Shown here: in pieces, positions 51,271 to 60,369 of the stretch
Layout: every line of letters starts with the position of its first letter
How positions within the stretch are numbered: position 1 is the first letter of the stretch
DNA from: an uncultured Prevotellaceae bacterium
Lineage (GTDB): Bacteria > Bacteroidota > Bacteroidia > Bacteroidales > Muribaculaceae
Direction of reading: 5' to 3'
NCBI GenBank assembly: GCA_946186345.1
Contig: CAMHMV010000006.1
Span: 30,521-94,520 of the forward strand
DNA: 64,000 bases
Notes under the pieces: model-generated
Database searches by the model: none
The model's input: the letters and a program-made list of their open reading frames with translations, nothing else
What the model was told of the DNA's origin: nothing
Program-made: the position numbers and the translations under genes

Positions 51271-51318
51271 TTCGTATAGCCTTATGTAATAGATAATAAC
51301 GTTTAAACCTAAAGAGAT

Positions 51319-54300
51319 ATGGAACTTTACCCACTGCTTCAGTCCCAACTGGGCGTTTTCTATGACTGCATGAAGTATCCTAAAGTGATGCAGTACAACA
51401 TCCCGTGTATCGTGCCCCTGACCGACGACATTGATCTGGATCGTGTCGAGGCTGCCCTGAAAACCATTTTCGCAGCAAGAAAGGAACTGAAAATACGCTT
51501 CGTCATTGACGATAACGGCGAGCCTCGACAGTATGTCGATGACAATAAGACACTGAACGTCGTGCGTCGCGAGATGTCCGAAGCCGACTTCCAGGAGTAT
51601 GCCCACCACGGTTTCTGCCGCCCCTTCGACATCATGGGTGACGAGCCGCTGATCAGGACCGAATTGGTGACGACCCCCGAGAGGAACTACCTGCTGGCGG
51701 ACATCCACCACATGGTGACCGATGGCACCAGTTATCTGGTCTTGTTCCCGCAGCGCGACTTGCCGCTGGCCTACGAGGGAAAGCCCCTGCCCATGCCGGA
51801 GTACGGCATGCTTGAGGCTGCCGCCGACGAGTATTCCCGCCTGGGTGATGATGAATACCAGCGGGCCATGAGCGTGATGAAGGAGAAATATGCCGGCATG
51901 GATTTGGCATCGCTCTCGAGTCGCCCCGAGAATCCGGTAGGCGAGATGGGGCAGGAGTCTGCTTACATCAGCAGGCCGATGGTGGATGCCTGGTGCAAGG
52001 CTCAGGGTTTTGCTCCGTATCAGATTTTCCAGGCGGCGTTCAGCTATGTGCTCGCCAGAATCCTGCGTGAGGACAAGGTGGCCTATACCACCATCTATCA
52101 CGGCCGCCGCGACCCGCGCGTGCGTGAGGACTACGGTATGTTTGTTCGCACCATCCCGTTTATGATGGAAATAGGGCAGCAGCAGACCGTGCGCGAGTAT
52201 ATCGCCTCGGTCCATGACGAGATGAAGGCCACGCTCTCGCAGCTGGCTTATCCGTTCTCGCACTTCTGCCGCGACATCGGCGTGCAGCCGGGCATCTCGT
52301 TCAATTTTACCGCCCTGCCTGGATGGGAGGAGGAATACCACTTCGGTGACAAGCACTGTCCGTTTGTGCAGCAAGACCGTGGTGACGTGTTCTATGACTT
52401 GCTGGCACACATCTTCATCGTGGGCGCTGATGTGGCAGGCGACGCTTCATCGGGCGAAGAATACTACGATATCCGCATGGAGTCGAGTCTGGCCATGAAC
52501 AGCCGCAAGACCATGCGCATGATGGCCGATGCCATCAAGGCCACCATGGAGCAGATGATGGCTCGCCTGGACGACTCCATCAACAGCATCAGCATCGTCA
52601 GCGACGTCGAGGCCGAGCGCATCATCAAGATCGGAACAGGCAAGGATATTGATGTTGACCTGAGCAAGACGTTCGCCAATCTCTTTACCGAGCAGGCCAA
52701 GCGCACGCCCGATGCCCCCGCCGTGGTGGATAAAGACAGCCAGTTGACCTACGGCGAGATGGACCGTTACTCCAATATGCTTGCCCACCGACTCATTGAA
52801 TTCGGCGTGCGGCCCGACGACTTTGTCTGCGTCATGCTCGACCGAACCAAGGAATTCCCGCTGTCGGTACTGGCTATCCACAAGGCTGGTGCCGCCTATA
52901 CCCCCCTTGACTTTGAATATCCTAACGAGCGACTGAGCTATATGCTCGATAACTCCGAGTCTAAGGTGCTCATCACTTCGCATGAAGTGCTTGCCGCCAA
53001 ACAGGCCGAAGGGAACTTCGATACTGCCATGGCCCGCACGTTCTTTATCGACGACTTCATGGCATCGGTGGCTGACGCCTCTCCGATGGGTGCTATTGAC
53101 CTTTCCCGCCCCGACGGCTTGGCCTACATGATTTACACCTCGGGCTCTACGGGCAAGCCTAAAGGCGCCATGCTCCATCAGGCAGGCCTGCGCAACTTCA
53201 TCGCCGTGGTCATCGACATGGAGAAACTGACTGCCGCTGACCGCATCAGCGGACACCGCTCATTCTCCTTTGATGCCCACATCGAGGACATGTATCCCGT
53301 GCTCACGCTGGGTGGCTCGTTCCACATCATGCCGACCGAGATACGCAAAGACCTGAATTCCATTCGCCAGTTCCTCTTTGACCATCAGATTACAGGTGGC
53401 GGTTACTCGACCGCCATGACCTGCCTGCTGCTCAACACCTTCGATGACCTGCCCATCCGCTTCACCACGGGTGGCGGCGAGAAGATGGATGGCGTCTTCA
53501 GCGACCACATCGAGATCATCAACGTCTATGGTCCCACCGAGTGCACCGACGACACGTCCTACTACAGCATCCCGCCTGGCAAGCGCATTGAGAATATCCC
53601 CATCGGCGAGAGCGTGGCAAACAACTGGAACTTCATTGTCGATACGGCTGGCAACCTGGTGCCTCAGGGTGTGGCAGGTGAGTTGTGCTTTGCCGGCATC
53701 CAGGTGGGACGCGGCTATTGGCGGCTGCCCGAGCGCACGGCTAAATCGTTCGTCGATTGTCCGTTCGTACGGCAAGACCGCTGGGGACGTCCTGTCCGCA
53801 TGTATCACACCGGTGACCTCTGCCGCTGGAACGAGGACGGACAGATCGAGTACATGGGACGCATCGACACGCAGGTGAAGCTGCGCGGCTTCCGCATCGA
53901 GCTGGGTGAGATCGAAAGCAAAGCCCTCAACATCGAAGGCATCCGTCAGGCTGCTGCCGAAGTGCGCAAGGTGATGGGCAACGAGCATCTGGTGCTCTAC
54001 TATACTGTGGTCGAAGGTTCCGACATCGACGATGAAGCCCTGCGCGCCGCTCTTGCCGCATCATCGTTGGCCGAATACATGGTGCCCGACACCTATATGC
54101 GCCTCGATGCCATGCCGATGACGCCCAACGGGAAAATCAACCGCAAGGTGCTGCCCATGCCCGAACTGAGTCGCAGCATCGACTATGTGGCTCCCGAAGG
54201 CGAAACCGAGCAACTCTTTGCCCAGATCTTCTCCGACGTCTTGGGCATTGAGCAGGTAGGTGCCCTCGATGATTTCTTTGAGATTGGCGGTACCAGCCTC

Positions 54301-55668
54301 AATGCCATCAAGGTCATCGTGGAAGCCAGCAAACACGGTGTGCAGATTGTCTTCAACGACCTCTTCAATAACACGACGCCAAGGAAATTGGCAGCCTTTG
54401 TGGAAGAGAAGGATGAAGAAGGCGAAGAGTTGAAGGCTAAGAGCGTCGCTCCCCCCTTGAAGGTCGATGAAGCGGCTGCAGCCGACCCCAAACTCTCGGC
54501 CCTCAACGCCCAACTCAAGGGTAACAACCTGCAGGCCTTCCTTGACGGTGAGCGTCAGCCCGTCGGCGACGTCTTGCTCACGGGAGCCACGGGCTACCTG
54601 GGCATACACATTCTCAACGAGTTGCTGACGACAAGCGACTGCCACATCTACTGTCCGCTGCGCGCCAGTGGTGGCGAAGACCCGATGCGCCGTCTCAAGA
54701 CCATGTTCTTCTATTATTTCGGAGATACCGAGGCATTTGAATGCTTTGACAAGCGAGTCACGGCATTAGTCGCCGAGATTACCAAGCCTGGCACCCTCGA
54801 CGCCCTCGACTGCCAGGGCCTCACTGTTGTCAACTGCGTGGCCAACGTGAAGCACTTCTCTGCAGGCAACGACATTGAACTGGTCAACATTGAGAGCGTG
54901 CGCCATCTCATCGCATTCTGTCTGCGCACTGGATCGCGTCTTATCCATATCTCGACGATCAGCATTGCGGGTCTGAGTGTCGATGGTGTGCCTGGACCCG
55001 ACGTCAAGCTCACTGAGCAGGATTTGTGGCTTGGCCAGAATATCGACGCCAACAAGTATGTCTATTCCAAGTTCAAGGCCGAAGAACTGGTGCTTGATGC
55101 CATTTCCCATCACGGCCTCAATGCCAAGATCATGCGTGTGGGCAATCTCTCGGCCCGTCAAAAGGACGGTGAGTTCCAAATCAACTTCAGCACCAACAAC
55201 TTCCTGGCGTTGCTCCGAGCCTACGTCATCATCGGTATGGTGCCCTATGAGGCGCTAAGCGAGGTCTTCGAGTTCTCGCCCGTTGACGATGTGGCTCATG
55301 CCATCATGCTGCTGGCTACAGCGCCCAAGGAGTGCACCGTATTCCATCCCTATAACATCCACCGCCCGTACTTAGCCGATATCCTGAATGGCTTTGCCGA
55401 CTCCGGCATCACGTTGAAGCGTGTGGAGAAGGAGGAATTCCAGAAAGCTCTGGATCGAATGATGGATAATCCCGACCTCGTCACGCTGTTGCGCCCGTTG
55501 ATGGCCTACAACCTGAGCAACACCCACCAGATGCGCTGGATAGAATCGGACAACTACTACACCACGCAGGTGCTCTACCGCTATGGCTTCCAGTGGCCTT
55601 CCACCAACCGCAACTATGTCCATCGCTTCGTCGACACAATCACCGGCTTTGACTATTTCAACAGCTGA
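51319..55668 (+). CDS. Monomodular NRPS: condensation - adenylation - carrier - terminal thioester reductase
   Basis: HHMVTDG (C); YTSGSTGKPKG, FSFDA, YGPTE, YHTGD, QVKLRGFRIELGEIE, NGKINR (A); FFEIGGTSL (T); LLTGATGYLG and YVYSK (R). Confidence 0.95.
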   Translation: MELYPLLQSQLGVFYDCMKYPKVMQYNIPCIVPLTDDIDLDRVEAALKTIFAARKELKIRFVIDDNGEPRQYVDDNKTLNVVRREMSEADFQEYAHHGFCRPFDIMGDEPLIRTELVTTPERNYLLADIHHMVTDGTSYLVLFPQRDLPLAYEGKPLPMPEYGMLEAAADEYSRLGDDEYQRAMSVMKEKYAGMDLASLSSRPENPVGEMGQESAYISRPMVDAWCKAQGFAPYQIFQAAFSYVLARILREDKVAYTTIYHGRRDPRVREDYGMFVRTIPFMMEIGQQQTVREYIASVHDEMKATLSQLAYPFSHFCRDIGVQPGISFNFTALPGWEEEYHFGDKHCPFVQQDRGDVFYDLLAHIFIVGADVAGDASSGEEYYDIRMESSLAMNSRKTMRMMADAIKATMEQMMARLDDSINSISIVSDVEAERIIKIGTGKDIDVDLSKTFANLFTEQAKRTPDAPAVVDKDSQLTYGEMDRYSNMLAHRLIEFGVRPDDFVCVMLDRTKEFPLSVLAIHKAGAAYTPLDFEYPNERLSYMLDNSESKVLITSHEVLAAKQAEGNFDTAMARTFFIDDFMASVADASPMGAIDLSRPDGLAYMIYTSGSTGKPKGAMLHQAGLRNFIAVVIDMEKLTAADRISGHRSFSFDAHIEDMYPVLTLGGSFHIMPTEIRKDLNSIRQFLFDHQITGGGYSTAMTCLLLNTFDDLPIRFTTGGGEKMDGVFSDHIEIINVYGPTECTDDTSYYSIPPGKRIENIPIGESVANNWNFIVDTAGNLVPQGVAGELCFAGIQVGRGYWRLPERTAKSFVDCPFVRQDRWGRPVRMYHTGDLCRWNEDGQIEYMGRIDTQVKLRGFRIELGEIESKALNIEGIRQAAAEVRKVMGNEHLVLYYTVVEGSDIDDEALRAALAASSLAEYMVPDTYMRLDAMPMTPNGKINRKVLPMPELSRSIDYVAPEGETEQLFAQIFSDVLGIEQVGALDDFFEIGGTSLNAIKVIVEASKHGVQIVFNDLFNNTTPRKLAAFVEEKDEEGEELKAKSVAPPLKVDEAAAADPKLSALNAQLKGNNLQAFLDGERQPVGDVLLTGATGYLGIHILNELLTTSDCHIYCPLRASGGEDPMRRLKTMFFYYFGDTEAFECFDKRVTALVAEITKPGTLDALDCQGLTVVNCVANVKHFSAGNDIELVNIESVRHLIAFCLRTGSRLIHISTISIAGLSVDGVPGPDVKLTEQDLWLGQNIDANKYVYSKFKAEELVLDAISHHGLNAKIMRVGNLSARQKDGEFQINFSTNNFLALLRAYVIIGMVPYEALSEVFEFSPVDDVAHAIMLLATAPKECTVFHPYNIHRPYLADILNGFADSGITLKRVEKEEFQKALDRMMDNPDLVTLLRPLMAYNLSNTHQMRWIESDNYYTTQVLYRYGFQWPSTNRNYVHRFVDTITGFDYFNS

Positions 55669-55697
55669 TTTCACAACAAGATAGAACAGAATAGGCT

Positions 55698-56462
55698 TTG
55701 AAAATACAGTTTGCATCTGATTTGCACTTGGAGTTCCGCGATAACTGGCGGTATCTAAGGGACAACGGCCCTATGGACGTGAAGGGCGATATCCTGGTCT
55801 TGGCGGGTGACACGGGGTACCTGGGGGACGACATGTACAGCGTGCACCCGTTCTGGAACTGGGCATCTGAGAACTTCGAGCAAGTGCTGGTCGCACTGGG
55901 CAACCACGAGTTTTATAAATACTACGACCTGAAGACAATGCAGGACGGACTGGTGGGCGAAATCCGCCCCAACGTACACTACTACTATAACAAGGTCGTC
56001 ACGATCCAGGACGTGGACTTCATCATTTCCACCCTGTGGGCGCATATCGACACGGACAACGCCTTTGTCACCGAACGAGGCGTGGCCGACTTCTACCGTA
56101 TCGTCTATGGTGAGAACCTGCTGAGGTATTCCGATTTCAACAGCGAGCACCAGCGCTGCCTCGACTTCATCAAGAAGTCCGTCAGTGCCAGCCAAGCCAA
56201 GCACAAGGTCGTGGTCACTCACCACGTCCCATCCTATCAACTGGTTGCCCCGGAGTTCCGGGGCAGCCGCATCAACGGCGCATTCACCGTCGAGCTGGCC
56301 GACTACATCGCCGACAGCGGAATCGACTACTGGATCTACGGTCACTCCCACCGCAACATCGACAAAACCATCGGCACAACCCGTTGCCTCTGCAACCAAT
56401 TCGGCTACGTCTCCCACAACGAACACCTCACCTTCAACCGTGGGAAGGTTATTGAAGTGTGA
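55698..56462 (+). CDS. Calcineurin-like metallophosphoesterase
   Basis: SDLH, AGD, GNHE, THH.P, GHSH; TTG start. Confidence 0.9.
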   Translation: MKIQFASDLHLEFRDNWRYLRDNGPMDVKGDILVLAGDTGYLGDDMYSVHPFWNWASENFEQVLVALGNHEFYKYYDLKTMQDGLVGEIRPNVHYYYNKVVTIQDVDFIISTLWAHIDTDNAFVTERGVADFYRIVYGENLLRYSDFNSEHQRCLDFIKKSVSASQAKHKVVVTHHVPSYQLVAPEFRGSRINGAFTVELADYIADSGIDYWIYGHSHRNIDKTIGTTRCLCNQFGYVSHNEHLTFNRGKVIEV

Positions 56463-56485
56463 TAGGAATACAGTATGTTGTTGCG

Positions 56486-56609
56486 CCGAAGTCTATCTGG
56501 TGGAAGGCATTGGCCAATTCTACCCGGGTCATGCCAACCACATCAAGATCCTGCCCCCGAACTGGAACAGTACGTGACCACTTTCGTCAACGACAACATG
56601 CAAGAATAA
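56486..56609 (+). pseudogene. 3' remnant of a WYL-like gene, copy 1 (frameshifted)
   Basis: EVYLVEGIGQFYPGHANHIKIL then, after a frameshift, PELEQYVTTFVNDNMQE*; aligns with 57227-57370. Confidence 0.6.
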
Positions 56610-56730
56610 AGTAATCGGATTTGTTCCGGAAATTCCGATATTGTTTGTAACTTTGCCATGTAATCAATCTCTAACAATTTCGTGATTCAGAAACCGACAT
56701 ATTATATAACACTAAGATAACGGTAGAACT

Positions 56731-57015
56731 ATGATAAGATTAAATGCATTTTTCGAATTGAAAGACGGTGTGAGTGTAGAGCAACTGACGGCCATTACCA
56801 ACGAGCTCGTCGAGAAATCACTGCAAGACGAAGGCTGCAAAGGCTACGGCCTGTTCCAGAGCACAACGTCGCCACAAGTGTTTATGTTCTGTGAGTCGTG
56901 GGAAAATGATGAGTGCCTGCAAAAACACTCCAACACCCCACACTTCACGGCGGCCGTTCCACAGATTGGCCCTTTGACCAAGGATGGCCTCAAGCTCGAG
57001 CGATTCGAGAGATAA
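56731..57015 (+). CDS. ABM-family putative quinol monooxygenase
   Basis: EGCKGY, ESW..DE.L.KH..TPHF; TAACTTTG box upstream. Confidence 0.88.
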   Translation: MIRLNAFFELKDGVSVEQLTAITNELVEKSLQDEGCKGYGLFQSTTSPQVFMFCESWENDECLQKHSNTPHFTAAVPQIGPLTKDGLKLERFER

Positions 57016-57226
57016 ATGCTCGCAACGAACATCGAAGACGTGGGTGGTGAAGGCTTTTACGACGTGGTGGAATGCAAATTCGATCTCGTTAGGAATATAT
57101 TGAAGAATACGGCAGGATCCGAACTACGAGAGGTTCCTGAATCTCGTCGGCATCGTGACCTTCAAAGTCACCCCCGACCTCTCCGAGATATAATATTTAC
57201 ATTAAAGGAACCGTCCCTTTTTTCTA

Positions 57227-57370
57227 TGGTACTTCGACACCGAGGTCTATCAGATGGAAGGCATCGGCAGGTTCTACCTGGGCCTCGCCAACCACATCAA
57301 GATCCTGTAAGCCCCCGAACTGGAACAGTACGTGGCCACCTTCGTCAAGGAAAATCTTCTACAAAAATAG
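57227..57370 (+). pseudogene. 3' remnant of a WYL-like gene, copy 2 (internal stop)
   Basis: WYFDTEVYQMEGIGRFYLGLANHIKIL*APELEQYVATFVKENLLQK*. Confidence 0.6.
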
Positions 57371-57453
57371 CTCACTTATTGTAGAACATTCGAGATAATA
57401 GTTTCTTTGCGGAGTTAATTAAACGTTTATCAACAACATTAAACTAGATAAGT

Positions 57454-58890
57454 ATGCGTATATCAACAATTGTTTTTGAAAACGAACTGTCAGAAGGTTA
57501 TAGAGATACTGAAGGAGCTATTTATAGCAAAGACAGAAGACGGTTACTGAGAGGTCCTGTTTCTTGTTCACAATATAGAATTAAATCTGGGACAAAAACA
57601 ATATGTAACGAGGCATTTAAATATTGTTCCTGCTTAGTTTCAGTTGATATTCCTGATACTGTTGTCAATATTGGTGATGAGGCTTTTGCCGGTTGTCGAC
57701 AACTAACATCTATTGAAATTCCTAAATCGGTTATTGACATTGGTAGTAATCCGTTTTATGATACTGATATCAGCACGATTAATAATCACTCAGATCACTT
57801 TATTGTAGATGATAATGCCTTATATGATCAGGACAGAAGCATTTTGATTTCTGTTTTTGGGAACCCAAATTATTTCAACATCCCAAATACAGTTAGACGC
57901 ATAGGTAATTGTGCGTTTAATAGTTGCACTAGTCTCAAATTTGTTGAAATACCTGATTCCGTCACAAGAATAGGACATAATGCATTTGAATATTGTTTTA
58001 GCCTTCAATCAATTAAAATTCCAGACTCTGTTTCATTTATAGGTAGAGAGGCATTTCATAACTGCAGTACATTATCATTTGTTGAGATACCTGATTCAAT
58101 TAAGCATATCTATAATAATACTTTTTCTGGTTGTAATAATTTACATGCCGTAATAATTCCAGATACAATAACAAGCATCGATGATGAAGTATTTAGTGGT
58201 TGCAAATGCTTGAAGTCAATAAAAATTCCAGAATCAGTAACTAAAATTGGCGTTAATCCATTCAATTCAAGTGGCATATGTGAGATTGAGAACTATTCAA
58301 ATCATTATGAAACTAAGAATGATATTTTATATTCTAAAGAGCAAGGCGTGCTAATTTCCTACTTTGGGCGACATAGCAGTGTAATTATTCCTGATGGAAT
58401 CTGTAGAATAGGTAAAAAAGCATTTTCATCAAATAGATATATTGAATATATCAGTATTCCTGACAGAATAAAGATTATTGAAAAAGAGACATTTAGTTTT
58501 TGTCGAAGCCTGAAATATATTGAATTGCCTGAGGGTCTTACATTAATAGATGAAGGTTCCTTTTGGGGGTGTGAAAATCTTCAATATATCAGAATTCCAG
58601 AAACAGTCAGAAAAATAGAGTTTCTTGCATTTTCTGGATGTGAACGCATTGTGTCAATAAAGATTCCTCATGGTGTTCAAAATATTGGTATGTCAGTTTT
58701 TGCTGATTGCCATAGTCTCGAAATCATAGAATTACCAAGTACTGTAAAAACCATCTCCCATGATGCTTTCCAAGATTGTGAAAGTCTACAAGCGATTCTT
58801 ATAAACACAAATAGTAATAGAGAATTCAATAGAATAAAAAAAATAATCGAAAGATATAGCTATCTTCTTATGATGAAACAATCGTATTAA
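57454..58890 (+). CDS. BspA-type leucine-rich-repeat (LRR_5) protein, AT-rich, no signal peptide
   Basis: Repeated IPDSV..IG..AF..C..L units; visibly much lower GC than flanking genes. Confidence 0.9.
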   Translation: MRISTIVFENELSEGYRDTEGAIYSKDRRRLLRGPVSCSQYRIKSGTKTICNEAFKYCSCLVSVDIPDTVVNIGDEAFAGCRQLTSIEIPKSVIDIGSNPFYDTDISTINNHSDHFIVDDNALYDQDRSILISVFGNPNYFNIPNTVRRIGNCAFNSCTSLKFVEIPDSVTRIGHNAFEYCFSLQSIKIPDSVSFIGREAFHNCSTLSFVEIPDSIKHIYNNTFSGCNNLHAVIIPDTITSIDDEVFSGCKCLKSIKIPESVTKIGVNPFNSSGICEIENYSNHYETKNDILYSKEQGVLISYFGRHSSVIIPDGICRIGKKAFSSNRYIEYISIPDRIKIIEKETFSFCRSLKYIELPEGLTLIDEGSFWGCENLQYIRIPETVRKIEFLAFSGCERIVSIKIPHGVQNIGMSVFADCHSLEIIELPSTVKTISHDAFQDCESLQAILINTNSNREFNRIKKIIERYSYLLMMKQSY

Positions 58891-58913
58891 TAGTTTTTTT
58901 TATTACATAAGAA

Positions 58914-58954
58914 GCAAGGAGGGAAACGCCCGTGATGGGCGATCCCTCCTTTGC
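58914..58954. terminator. Hairpin terminator after the LRR gene
   Basis: GCAAGGAGGGA..CGCCC-GTGAT-GGGCG.TCCCTCCTTTGC. Confidence 0.7.
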
Positions 58955-58956
58955 TG

Positions 58957-59019
58957 TCTTTATGCACTGCCCTCTGCTTGACGGGAGAGTCATGATACCG
59001 TGAAGCCGCATTGATGAAA
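58957..59019 (+). repeat. 63-bp direct repeat, copy 1
   Basis: 61/63 identical to 63030-63092. Confidence 0.9.
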
Positions 59020-59021
59020 TA

Positions 59022-59350
59022 AAGTTTGTGCAAGTCGAATGCCATAGAGCTGGCTCTAATGGCTGAGGCGCAGCCAAAGTTATTCAAAATGTCATCATTG
59101 CCTTCGGCGAATTTGCTCCCGCTCGGCAATGGGAAACGAGTTCCCCGTTGCGCTCGCTTACTCGCAAAGTTGCCCTTGCCGCCGTCGCTCATGTATAACA
59201 TTTTTCCGATGCAAAGTTAGTACGGGCCGCTGCCCGTCAAGGCCATGCACAGTTGACTCAAAATAATCCACAAAATTTTAATAAAATCGGCTGCGCCTTG
59301 GCAGAAACCAAACTCGTTTGGTTCTGCTCTCGGCTTGCACGCTTTTTGAC
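59022..59350. repeat. Cluster of related structured palindromic repeats (GTGCAAG.CGA..GC-hairpin-AGGCGCAGCC)
   Basis: Plus copy ~59028-59075, minus copy ~59289-59340, divergent minus variant ~59110-59168; flanks conserved, inner stems differ. Confidence 0.6.
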
Positions 59351-59514
59351 GCTGCGCATAAAATTTGGCCAGTCCTTCCAGGCTGGATTCTTGTGGAGAA
59401 CCCAGCCAAGAAGATTGAACGATTGAGATTTGAGAAACTGCTTGAGACTGAAGTTGTCATTAACGAAAAGAAATAGGACCAAAGGCTCCATCCAGGCAGC
59501 AACGCAGTACTGAC

Positions 59515-60369
59515 TTAATACATCTGGCTCACGTCTTCTGTAAATGCCACGTATCTATCCACATGTTGGGTGGATAGTTGTGGATAGTCCCGGTTAAAGC
59601 GGACGAGTGTTGTATCAGGAAACTGCGCTGCCATCTGCTCGAAGGGGAAACGGATAATGACAGGCGTGTTAAAACCCACACCGAACTCCAAAAGCAGAAG
59701 TCGCTTATCGGATGCCACGCTAACGAAGTCACTGTATCGCTGGGCTTGCTGATGCCAGTGATTGTCTTCAACAAAGGTATCGTCACAACGCAGGTTCATG
59801 CTGACGGGCTGACCGTCGGGAGTACGCGGTATCAGTTCTGTGGGTATGCGGCAGTCCTTGATGGCTGGCAAAGCCCGTTCTACCCATTCGTGGTTGTGAT
59901 AAAGTTCCCTGGGCGAACCCGTTGCAGGCTGAAAATAGCAGTAGTCGCCCTGAGTGGCAAAGATACGCTGTGGGTCAAATCCTGCCATCTCAAACTGACC
60001 GTCAACATTGGTGGTGATAACGAAGTAGTCTTTGTCTGCCACCCATCTCAGCAGTTCCTTGTATAGCGGCAAGGCCCCCGTCCGGTAACGGCCAAACCAT
60101 ATATGCTTCGCCCAATATGCCCAGCGTTCCTCATCGGTCTCGAAGGGATAGAAACCTGCACTATAGAGGTCGGTGAATCCGTAACGGTCTATCCACACAC
60201 GGAACTCCCTGCGGAAGTCCTCACCGGCATAGTCGATGCCAGCGGCAGTAGTCAGTCCGGCTCCTGCGCCAATCAGGATACGGTCAGCATTGGTGATCTG
60301 CTCTTTAAGCCACTCAACACGCTCCGAGAAGCTGCTGGTAGATGTCACGGTCTTTGTCGAGGAAAACAT
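59515..60369 (-). CDS. Class M sirtuin (SirTM-like ADP-ribosyltransferase)
   Basis: IGAGAGLTTAAG, TTNVD, Gln in place of catalytic His (FATQGDY), MNLR, LEFGVGFNTP.IIR.PFE. Start uncertain; ATG 60369 overlaps the macro gene. Confidence 0.88.
   Translation of the reverse strand: MFSSTKTVTSTSSFSERVEWLKEQITNADRILIGAGAGLTTAAGIDYAGEDFRREFRVWIDRYGFTDLYSAGFYPFETDEERWAYWAKHIWFGRYRTGALPLYKELLRWVADKDYFVITTNVDGQFEMAGFDPQRIFATQGDYCYFQPATGSPRELYHNHEWVERALPAIKDCRIPTELIPRTPDGQPVSMNLRCDDTFVEDNHWHQQAQRYSDFVSVASDKRLLLLEFGVGFNTPVIIRFPFEQMAAQFPDTTLVRFNRDYPQLSTQHVDRYVAFTEDVSQMY

Noticed and set aside
57016-57384. 122-aa ORF after the ABM gene
   Set aside because: No recognisable family; its 3' half is an out-of-frame reading of the WYL-like remnant
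58868-59502. Several short ORFs between the LRR and SirTM genes
   Set aside because: They run through palindromic repeats and terminators and lack protein-like motifs
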